Source: Hypanus sabinus (Eukaryota). Taken from it: a stretch of 64,000 nucleotides of DNA. Under the pieces are notes generated by a model. It was given only the letters and a program-made list of their open reading frames with translations, ran no database searches and was not told the DNA's origin. The stretch covers positions 63,240,001 through 63,304,000 of the forward strand of contig NC_082723.1 of assembly GCF_030144855.1 (NCBI RefSeq), read 5' to 3'. Made by a program: the position numbers and the translations under genes. How positions within the stretch are numbered: the stretch's first letter is position 1; each line of letters opens with the position of its first letter. Of the stretch, positions 12,477-23,517 are shown piece after piece.

Positions 12477-15400
12477 AAGCCTAAGGTAATAAGGCCTGGG
12501 GAAGTAGCGAGAGTGATGGGAACCCCCAGATTTCCCGGAGTGCCTGATGGTGAGGCCCTTTTAGTAGACACCCCAGAAGACTTCAAGGGGGAGACTCGAT
12601 TTCTGTCTGGGGTGCTGGTGAGGCCTGAAGTGCAGAGGCCCTCGGTGGTATAGGCAAGCAGGATAGCAGAGATTGTCTGGAACACTACGAAGAGAGAAAT
12701 CACCTTTAAGAGAGGAATGCTTTTGGCGCATTTGTTCCCGGTGACGGCAATGTCTAGTGCCCCTGTGAGGCCCGCTGGGGGGGAGCTATTGGAAAACAGA
12801 GGAAAGCTGATCACTGAGGCCTTTAACTTTGGGGACTCTCCTGTGCCGCGGGAGTGGAAACGCAGGCTGGTGGAGATGATGTTGAAGCTAGAAGATGTTT
12901 TCTCCCTTGACGAGTTTGATGTGGGCTGTTCCAAGAGCACTGGCCACACCATCCAGGTGACTGAGGACACCCCGTTTAGAGAGAGGCTGCGGCGACTGGC
13001 CCCTGCAGATGTGGAAGATGTGCAACAGCACTTGCATAAGTTGAAGGAAGCTGGGATCATCTCTGAATCCTGAAACCCTTACGCATACCCAAAAGTAGTG
13101 GCCCGGAAGAAGAACGGAAAGGTATGCATGTGTGTGGACTATAGGACCCTGAACTGGTGCACTGTCCCTGACCAGTATACCGTCCCGAGGGTCGAAGACG
13201 CGCTGGCCTGTCTGAGTGGGGCGAAGTGGTTCAGTGGGCTGGACTTGAGGAGTGGATATTACCAGATCCCGATGAGTGAGGCAGACAAAGAGAAGACGCA
13301 CTTATATGCCCTCTGGGATTTTTCCAGTTCGAAAGGATGCCCCAGGGCATATCGGGGGGCCCTGCCACCTTCCAGAGGGTCATGGAGAAGACGGTGAGGG
13401 ATATGAATTTGCTTGAAGTGTGGATCTGGATGACTTAATAATATTTTGCTACAGCTTGTAAGAACACGTAGCGAGGCTACGGAAGCTGCTAAGCTGACTG
13501 AAGGAGGAAGGGTTAAAACTTTTGCTGGACAAGTGCCAGTTCTGCAAGACGACTGTTAGCTATGTTGGGCACATAATCTCGTGGGATGGAGTAGCTACAG
13601 ACCCTGCTAAGACAGAAGCAGTGACCACATGGCTGAGGCCCCAGACTGAGCACTCTGTGCTCATTCTTGGGGTTCTGTGGTTATTATCGGAGATTCGTGA
13701 AAGGCTACGCCAAAGTGAGTCACCCCTTGAACCGGCTTCTGCATGGTTACCCTCCCTTGGGGAAGAGGGGAAGAAGGGAAAAAGGGATAGGAGGTTGGAG
13801 AATATCTCAACCCATCAGAGCCCTTTGGACAGAGGTGAGATGCAAAAATGTGAGGAGGCTTTTACATAGCTGAAAGAATTACTGACCCAGGCACCAGTGC
13901 TGGCTTTTGCGGACTCCCAATTGCCCTATGTGTTACACATCGATGCCAGCCAAGAGGGACTAGGGGCCATCCTGTATCAGGATCAGGGCACCGGGTTGAG
14001 GCCTGTAGAGTTTGTCAGCCGGAGTTTGTTGCCCTCCAAGAGAAACTATCCCACCCACAAGTTGGAGTTCCTGGCATTGAAATGGGCTGTGGTGAATAAG
14101 CTGAGTGACTATCTCTACGGGGTCATGTTTGAGGTGAGGACGGACAACAACCCGCTCACTTACATCCTGACCTCGGCAAAACTGGATGCCACCGGCCATC
14201 GGTGGTTGGCAGCTTTGTCGGTACATGATTTCAGCCTGAAGTACCAGCCGGGAAGTAGGAATGTCAATGCGGATGCTTTGTCACAACGGGAGCATGAGGG
14301 ACGGGACAGGGACAAGGAGTGGGAGAGTATTCCTGCCCCTGGGGTGAAGGACATGTGTCAGTTTGCTATCACCGTAAAGGCAGAGGGAAAGGAGAGGCAG
14401 TGGGTCCATTGGGGGCTTCTGATGATGCCCTGCCCCCAGTTTACTGCTACCTCACTGCTCTGAAGACCAAGCATTAAGTCCGGGGGAAGTGGCAGCTGCT
14501 CAGCGAGATGACCTGGGCATTGGCACTGTCTGGTACGCGGTGGAGAAGGGGGATATGGCGCGGGCGGAGAAGATGAAACACATTTCAGTGCCTCCATTAC
14601 TCAGGGAATGGTCTTGGTTGAAGTTGAGGAACCAAATTTCATACCAGGTGACATCACCCCCGGACCAACCTCGGTGTTCGCAGTTGGTCCTGCCTGAGAA
14701 GTATCGAGAAGTCACTGCACGATGGATTCTGGACATTTGGGGGTGGAAAGGACCTAAGGATTGCTCAAAGACGGGTTTTACTGGCCCCAAATGAAGTCGG
14801 AGTTTGAAGAATACTGCAGGTCGTGCATTCGCTGTGTACGGCCGGAAGATGCTGCCTGTGCAGGCCGCTCCTCTGTCACACTTGCAGAGTGCAGGGCCCC
14901 TGGACCTGGTGTGTATGGATTTCTTGTCTGTAGAACCCGATGCCAGCAACACGGCGAATGTCCTAGTCATCACGGACCACCACACCAGATATGCTCAGGC
15001 TTTCCCTGCCAAGGACCAGAGGGCGACTACGGCGGCAAAAGAGCTCTGGGAGAAGTATTTTGTGCATTATGGCCTTCCCAGGTGGATACATAGTTACCAG
15101 GGACGAGACTTTGAGAGTAAGCTCATCTATGAGTTACTGGGCATGCAGGGAGTGAGAAACTAAGGACCATGCCCTATCATCTGCAGGGCGATCCCCAGCC
15201 TGAGAGGTTAATCGGACCTTGCTAGACATACTCGAGACTCTGGAGATCAGTAAAAGGAGCAGATAGAGTCAACATTGGGCATCCGGTTCACTGTTACAAC
15301 TGTACACACAATGAAGCTACTGGGTATTCACCCTATTATCTGATATTTCGGCGTGCCCATTGACCTGTTTCGGGACTGACTCGGGTGATTTACCGCCAAA

Positions 15401-15759
15401 GCATTATCTGAAGTATGTGTCTGATATGAGGAAAGAGCTGAAAAGGGCTTACGAATTGGCTGGGGTGGCAGCCACCAAGCAGAATCGGGGAAATAAGAGG
15501 AGGTATGACCAGAAATTTAAGTTCTCCCAACTCCTGCCAGGAGACTGAGTCCTCATAAGGAATTTGGGATTACCTGGAAAGCAAAAGATGGCTGACTGCT
15601 GGTGGCCACACCCTGTGTGGTGGAGAGTCAGATGCCAAACCAGTTTTCTGGGTGAGGCCTGAGAAGGGGAAGGGGCCTGTCAAGATTCTCCATCAGAACC
15701 ACCTGTTGCCCCGGGCCAAGAGGTGCAGGTAGACCTAGAACCTGACTTGGAGTCTACAC

Positions 15760-15901
15760 CTAGTAGGAGGACTCTGCAGAAGCAAGGGGCAATGGAGGAG
15801 CCCACCGCAAAAGAGACAGGGCCGGGCCCACTAGTAGGAGGACTCTGCAGAAGCAAGGGGCAATGGAAGAGCCCACCGCAAAAGAGACGGGGCCGGGCCC
15901 A
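15760..15901 (+). repeat. 71-bp tandem duplication (2 copies)
   Basis: 15760-15830 versus 15831-15901; two substitutions seen. Confidence 0.95.
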
Positions 15902-18900
15902 GCCCCAGAAAGAGATACAGATTTGGAAGATGATGATTCGGATGAGAGGTACATGCTGCCGCTCGTTAACTCCCCCGTGACGGAGGAAGAGACTCCGGGC
16001 CCTTCTCCCATTGCGTCAGGTGAGGTGAGGGGCACTATTGGTGGGCGACAGGGAGTGCCGCAGGGCTCTGGAGGAGAGGAAGGGAGTCCTGAGTCCAAGC
16101 CAGGGGGCTCTGAGTTACAGAGGGGTTTGAGTAACAGACAGCGGGAGGTTTCGCCAGGTTGCCCCAAAGTGTCTCCAGTAGTGGCTGAGCTGGAGGAGCT
16201 AGGAGAGGGGGGTACGGAGGATTAGGAACCCACCCCCCCCCCCCTCGGATAGGTTGGCCTATGTAGCGCCTGGGCAGCAGAGGGAGTTATGTCACTGCTT
16301 TCCGCACTTGGATTGGGCTCTGTGTTTTGCAGGAAGGGGTGGCGAATTATCTGAACGTCATGAGGGCATGACTAAATTTACCTTTGTTCAATACTGTTCC
16401 TATTACAACTCAGTCGACTGTTCATTCAGTGTCTGGATCTCTCCCTCTGTATTTGGGCCATCACTGAAGTTCGTTCACGTCCTTCAATCTCCTGGCACCC
16501 CACCCGTCACTGACAACAAAGGTCAAAGTCTTCAGTGATGTTGGAAGAGTCCACATTGATGCTGCTCCTATCCTAGTCTTCTACAGCACTTTGCACAAAC
16601 AGAAGGTTGTAAAGCACTTCACTGGAGCAATAGCAAACCACATGTTAAGCCACATCAGGAAGTATCTAGCTGTTGGCAAAAAAGATTGGCTGTAGAATGA
16701 AAGTGGAGTTCATGGAGGAAATTCTAAGCCTCAGAACACTGCCAGATGGAGAACGACGCAGGGCCATTAAATTCACTGATAATCAAAGTGGCATCAGATT
16801 ACAAAGGAGATGACATAGATAAGAGGGAACAAAGCAGGAAGGGATTTGAAAACATGGAGAAGCTAAGATGCAGCTATCTGTAAGTGAAATCTCAGAGAGT
16901 AAGGTTCAGAATCGGGAAGCAAGATGGCTTTGGAGTGCTGGAAAAGTGGAATGGGGCAAAGTTATCAAGGTGGAAACTGGTGGTTAATGACGGCACCAAA
17001 TCCAAAACTCATCGTAGGGTTACAACATGTGGTTCATTTTCAGAAAGGATGGGGTAGATGGGCAGACTGAAGAAATGGCTTCAATCTCACCAACATTTGG
17101 CAGGAAGTAGTACTGAGAGTGTCCTTCACCATCAGAGAGAGCAACAGTCAGTGCAAAAAATCAGTACGGGAACCAGCACGAGTGTGGATGGTGCTGAGGG
17201 CTGCTGGCCCTGAGCAGATGGCTGAAAGCTCAGAGCTGAGGACATTATGCACCACTTCACTGTCAACACAAGGGGCTGCTGTGCACCGAGGAAGACGGGT
17301 AATATTGAAGGAGTGTTGGACCATCCCAGAGGCTCTGTGCTGGGGTGGGGGCTCCAGGGTCACTGAGGACAAACTTGAGAAGTTGCAGTGACACAGGGGA
17401 TGTCCTGAGGGCTCCGAGCTTGAATAAGCAATAGAGTTACACAGGAATGAAGAAGGGCCTGAGAGAATACAGGACCACAGTCCTTGGTGAACTAGGACCC
17501 TACTGTGAGGTACACTCAATGCTGTTGATGGAGTGACTGCCAGCCTATCAGAGGTGTTGTCCTTGGTGACTGCACAGTTGGGCCCCAGTGCACATTTAAT
17601 CGTCAATCAGTAATGCTACAACCTTGGCATGTATTTCACTCCTCTGCTGGAATTTTACTCTACAACAGTATAGACCTTTCAGTGTTGGAGATGCCCTAAG
17701 GTTTAGAAAGGTGCTTAAAAATATTGATCATTCTCTGCCTCTGATTATCTGCGGTGAGTGAGAGTAGCAGCCTGTGGTGGATCTGACAAGGTGGGGCCAC
17801 TTGATTCAGGCACCTAACGAACCAGAGTAACTACCTCTAGCCCACTCTGCAGCTGAAGCATCCAGTGCTTATTTCATGCACCACGGAACCAGGCCCTTCA
17901 GCCTACTAAGCCAATGCTGACCACCAGAGACACTAATCATGTGCTGACCTATTCATCTCTCCCCAACAGGCGACGTGTAACTTGCTGAACATTTCAAAGC
18001 AAAGGGTAAACTTCACTGAGTACCTCCCTTACTGAGAGACCTAGGATAGGACAGAACTCCTGACCTTTCCTCTGATTCCCCCCCTCCCCAGTGACCACCA
18101 CTCCAGCATTCGACAGCCAGCGATGGTCACCAGTAGCCCAGTAAGGTGGTGAAGTTTACTTGATCTTGTTGTTTAATTTGAACACAACCATTCAAGTTCA
18201 GGCTGATCTAAAGTGGTGATAAAAACAGATTACTGATTGCACGTTTATGACAGAGTTTATGGCATACTGGAAACTGGGCTGGAACCCATCTCTGGAAAAA
18301 AAAGTTATGATCATAGTTGATAAGAGGGCTAAGGCAAGTACAAACATCCACAATCAATAAGCATTCTCAGCCAAGATACACAGAACAACCTCTCCCCTTA
18401 AAGCCCTTCCTTTCCTCACTACAACACGAGCACCTTCTCACTGTGTCTTTTATTCCCAAACACAACAATAAGACCACTTGGCCCCCCCACCATTTAGTTT
18501 GACCATGGCTGATCTAGATCAGCCTCGGCCTCTCTTCTGTGCACATTTCCATTAACCCTCTATTTCTGCATCTATCCGTCTACACTTTAAATATTTCTAG
18601 CGATCCGGCCTCTACCAGCCTTGGGGGTTGAGAATTGTAGAGATCCAGCACCCTTGTACCGCCACCCACATTGTCATACCCGTCAGCCCTTCTTGCTATT
18701 TCCCCAGGACTGTGCAACCATGTGGACCAGTTCCCTTGCTCATTTCCACCGTATTCGCTATTCCCTGGTCCTGTACTTTCTTCATTTCTCACAACCCCAC
18801 CATTTCACCCTCCTGCCATTGAGCTCTGCACAAGCTGAGTCACAACATCCCGGTCTCACCTTTCCGCCATACACCTGCAATTCCCCATATTCCAAAAGCC

Positions 18901-18971
18901 CTCCTGCCAGTCTCAAACTGCCCACGACCAGATCCTTTGCTGACAGAGATAAGCATCAGCTGGAAAATGTC

Positions 18972-19094
18972 ACACTACCTTACACCCGGTTCACAGAGCT
19001 GACAGGTTCAGCGCATACATCAATACAACACTTCACTCTGCCTTACACCCAGTTCACAGAGCTGACAGGTTCAGAGCATACATCAATACAACAC
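18972..19094 (+). repeat. 63-bp-period tandem duplication
   Basis: CCTTACACCC.GTTCACAGAGCTGACAGGTTCAG.GCATACATCAATACAACAC starting at 18978 and 19041. Confidence 0.9.
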
Positions 19095-20949
19095 ACAACA
19101 GGCCATTCAGCCCATTATGCTGTGCAAACTTTTTATACCTATTCCACAATCACCCTTTCGTTCTTTCATCTGTTAAATGTCCCTATTTCATCAGCCTCTA
19201 CCAACACTGGCAATGCTCTCAGCACTTAGCACTCTCTGTAGAAAAAAAAATCTCTTAACATCTCCCCTAAATTTTCATCCACTCACCTTAAAAGGGTGTC
19301 CTCTAGGAGAAAGGCACTGGTTGCCCATGTCTATGCCTCTCAGTCTTATACACCTCTACCTTTCATCTTCCTTCACTTCAAAGAGAAAAGCCCAGCTTGC
19401 TTCACCTTCCCTTATAAAACACAAACCTCAAGGCAGAACACATCAAAGAGCACAGTTTTCACTCAGTACTCTAGAGGGCAAAGTGAAGGTTGAACAGGAG
19501 CCTTCTGGTCTGAGAAGTGAGGATAATACCTCCTTGCCTATGACATCTGTCATAGCATTGGCTTTTGACTGTTGGGTAAATCTAAGGCCTGCTATATTTG
19601 CAACGAGCAGTCAATAATCTTTCTTCCAAGCACTGCACTGCAAGGAACTGGAGAACAAAATTCTCAGAAGAACCAGAGAATCCCAAGGGCTTGAAATGAC
19701 AGTTTTCATCAGAAGTGCAAACAAAAGTTTGTCTTACTTCCTTAAACACAGAGTTTGGAGGCAGGTCTTAGTGCCAGACTCTCAGCACCTCCCTGCTCTC
19801 AGATGCTCAAAGATACTGAAAATGGGAGTTATGTTCCTCACCTTCTCTGTACACAAAGAGCCTGCACCCCAAGATGTGGGAAAGATGCATGATAACCATG
19901 GCTCCGGACTGAATGAAGGACACAATCATTTCTCCATATAGTTTCTGCTTTGCTGGTAAGCTGGGATTTCCCCCACAAACTGGGAGGAAGGTAATCTAGA
20001 ACTCGAGGCTGGGAAAGTCTGTGAATTTTAAACACAATTTTTTAAGCTTTGATATGCATTTATTATACAGTATGTACAAAACATTTCTATATTGTATCTT
20101 GCAAATGAAACTTAAAATATAATTTTTTGTTATTTAAATCATGGACACCTCGTACTTTACAATTGCCTCAAACTGCGCTATTAGCATGAAAAACCACTCT
20201 GGGTACCATGAGTTCTGTGCTGATGATGAGACGATGCAAACCGAGTCTGAGGTTCTTCCTGTCTGGGTTGGCTGTTGCCATGAAAAGTGCAACACAAACT
20301 GCTGGGAAGAATGTGATTAGTGACAGCAAATAAAATCGACTGAAAGACAATCTAGCAGTAACTGAAGTACAGGTGGGAGAGAACACTGGCCTCGTGCTCG
20401 CACTCACTGTGGTACTGAAACCACCCTGTGCATACCGAGTCTGACGTAACAACAGTATAGCAATAGTAACATATTCTAACTTGGAATTAGAACAGACTCA
20501 GGGCAACTCTGCTGCAAACTCTGAGACTCATTACCTTGTCCATTCTGACCCTGGCAGGCATGATCCACACCTTGTGGCCATGTCAGGAGAATGAAGAATG
20601 ATCCCCTTGAAGCCTTTAAAATTTATAGAGAGCATGAGCCATATGTAAATGGCAGGTCGTATTGCAAAGGCAATTCATAAAAGTAGATGGGATCCTGGCC
20701 TTTGGAAATGATGGTACAAAATCAGGCAGGTCATGCTGAATCTTACAGCACACAGGTGGAGTACTGCATTCCGAGCAGGCTACCCTGGATTCAAATGAGA
20801 AGGTCGTCTTTGGGTACGGATGGACCAGAATGGCTGTTGAAGTTGGGATTTCAATTGCAGGGATAAACTGGAAAAGCTGGCATCAACCTTCCTTGTTCTA
20901 AGGAAACCAAGAGCAGATTTGATAAAGGGATGAATATTCATAGAAGATT

Positions 20950-21645
20950 TTCAAATTCAAGTTTAATAGACATTCAACCATACATGAATACAACCAAATG
21001 AAACAGCACTATCTAGGGCCAAGGCACATTTAGCACAAATATTATAGCCCTAAAATACAGTCACACAAGGAGAATATAGTCCAAGCCCCTGAGTCCATGA
21101 ATGTTGCAGCAATCTGACAGTTGATCTTCCACCGAGCGAACACTAGGGGCAGCACTGCTCCAGCATGGATGCTGTGCCAGACCGCCTCCGGCACCAACTC
21201 TGACACCTGTCTCCGGATGGCTGAAAATCAGCGACACCACGGCTCGAGGCCTGGCCCTCGCTACAACCGAGGCCACACAGCTCCTCCACCATTGGTCCTG
21301 TCAATAAGCCGGTAGCTTGCAGCATTCCACATTACTGATGTCCAACAGGATCTTGCAATCGAAAAAAAAGCAAATAAGACAATCACTTGCTGTCAAGACT
21401 GCACACCGCCTTAGCGCACTGACTCCGACAGCTCTCTGTAGCAGGCAGCAACGTGGTCCACACCAAGTCCAGCTCCTTCAGTTTCTCCGCCAACAAGCAA
21501 TTTGTTGATGAGTTAGACCTGCAGAACTTTAAGTTCTTAATGTCTAGCAGGGTCTTGAGATCGTAAAAAATACAGTTAAAGAAGGCAATACATCTTTGGT
21601 TAGCCCTGCAAAAGCTGATACATTTGAGCATACTGCCATTTTACC
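20950..21645 (-). mobile_element. Non-autonomous retroelement with Rex1-like tail
   Basis: Tail-like CAAATTCAAGTTTAAT at the left end and AAAATGGCAG head at the right end; internal similarity to 22290-22800. Confidence 0.55.
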
Positions 21646-23517
21646 AGGATTTTAACAAGATAACAAGAGGGAAGCTGTTCCTATTAGTAGATAGTTTGAG
21701 TACCAACACATATAGATCGAAAGGATATAATATAAGGAATATATTTTGCACATGGAAGATGACTATCAACTGGAACCTACAGCCCAAGAGGTGATGGAAA
21801 CAGAGCACTCAAGAAAATCAGATGGGTATCCGAGGGAAAGTGATTTGCAGGACTATGAGAAAACGGTGGGGAAATGAGATGATGAGGAACAGATCTACAA
21901 GGACGGAGCAAGAATTTAATGGCTAAAGGGCTTCAGCTTTACGGTAATTCTATAATACTAACTACGTCATGTGACTGAGGTCTCAAGTGAGGAGTAACAT
22001 CTCCTTACCGGTCAAACCAAACCTGCATCTCACCACTTCCTTCCAATCACCAACAGCTGGGAGAAAAAGAACTCCGCAGACAGAATTAAGAGGTGCCTTT
22101 GATGCATTGGTTGTGATCCACCAAAGTTTGATAAATTCTGCAAAGATCCCAACAGATAAGAAAGGGGAGACTAAAGCACAAAACTGTAGCTCAGGAGTGA
22201 CTTTCTGCAAGAACTGCCTGCAGCTGTTTCTCACAACGCACAGCACAGCCACAGATGATGGTGATCCAATATGTTTCCCTCCAAGTGAACACTGGAGAGC
22301 AGCAGCAACAGGAGTAGCCAGCTCCAACCCAGAATGGAATCCAACAGCCCACAGCCAGCTTCACCATCATGTTCCTCAGCAGCGTTACAGGTGACCCCCA
22401 AGGCCTGGTCTGCACTACAACCAAGGATACATGTCTCCCTGCTGTTGGTCTTGCCAATGAACCATTGAATTGGGCATGCAGTATTCTACATTACCAATGT
22501 CCAAAAGGGTCTTGCGATCACAACAAAAACGACTCGCGCCTTCTGCTGGATTGTGCACAGCCACCGTGCACCCTGCTAACGCATTCTTCCCTGGGTGGTT
22601 GAAGCAGGCTGCAACACAATATGAAAAAGTCCACCCCACCCCTGCTATCCAGCAACTTACTAGTGGGTTAGACCTGCAGTACTTGGTGTTCTTAACATCC
22701 AATGGTGTATTGCAATCATGAAAAAGACATAAAGGATAAACAATCACACCTTTGGTTGGACCAGAAGAGGCCGCTGCATCCAAGTGTGCTGTCATCTGGA
22801 TACAAAGATGAATGAGAACAATTTCTGAGGAGAATGCACTGTCTCCGCAAAAGGGCATAAAAAGGTTCGGCTTGTAGGCAGAAAACTGGCAGGTATGAAG
22901 AAATGTGAGGTTATGCACAGAAGTGAGAGTATGTAGAATGCTGCAGTACAAAGGGAATGGGGGTATCTGTGTACATAGAAACCCTACAGCACAATACAGG
23001 CCCTTCGGCCCACAAAGCTGTGCTGAACATGTCCTTATCTAATGATACACAATGGCCCATCTTAATGTGGGAGTAAGGGTGACTTGTTACAACAATGCAG
23101 ACCCCGCAGAAATAACATCTGGAGTACCGCATAAAGCTCTGGTCAACATCAGGTACATTAAGTCAACCCCCGGGGATCATATCTGTGTATTATGAGGAAG
23201 GACAATTTTTATTCAATGTATTTAGGAAAACAAGAGTAAGTTTCTTGAAACATCATACCACTTTAGAGACCATTGAGGGGGATGACCCACTGGGGGAAGC
23301 CAGATTTCTAGCACTGAGACTCAGAAGAGCAGAGAGGTGAAGCGGACTGAGGAAGTGATAGAAGATTCCACAGTTAGAGGAACAGAGTTGAGATTCTGTG
23401 GGTGTGATAGAGACACCCAGATGGTAAGTTGTTGCTCAGGTGCCAGGGTCAGGGACGTCTCAGATTGGATCCATGGCATTCTAAGGGGGGAGGGTGAGCA
23501 GCTGGAAATCTTGATAC

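Larger units (their letters stand above)
9502..16376 (+). mobile_element. Ty3/Gypsy LTR retrotransposon with PNMA/Ma-type gag; pseudogenised gag-pol; 3' LTR absent
   Basis: gag about 10452-11740 (RVFSEVTSTPEGEEDYETWVEQ..EEKRQRLVGSLRG; degenerate knuckle CYNSGEEGH); protease AILDTRLQITLL; RT MCVDYRTLN..LDLRSGYYQIPM; RNase H LHIDASQEGLGAIL..RNYPTHKLEFLALKWAV; integrase VCMDFL..ITDHHTRYAQAFP..HSYQGRDFES. Many stops and frameshifts. Confidence 0.92.
5674..16515 (+). mobile_element. Ty3/Gypsy chromovirus (sushi-like) LTR retrotransposon, internally deleted, with nested insertions
   Basis: gag start MDPAEREQLK (ATG 6169); RNase H RNYNVGSKDLL..WTDLRNL..ARWTLFF (6860-7060); integrase zinc finger and core (7300-7900); chromodomain YSVQHIL..YLVDWEEYGPE.HSWV (8309-8427); PPT AGGGAAGGGG before the 3' LTR at 9151. 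Protease and RT are missing. Confidence 0.85.

Noticed and set aside
12443-13060. 205-aa minus-strand ORF
   Set aside because: Antisense shadow of the Gypsy pol.
18621-19229. 202-aa ORF with an internal repeat
   Set aside because: Non-ATG start; runs through apparent TE remnants and a 63-bp duplication; no splice or domain support.
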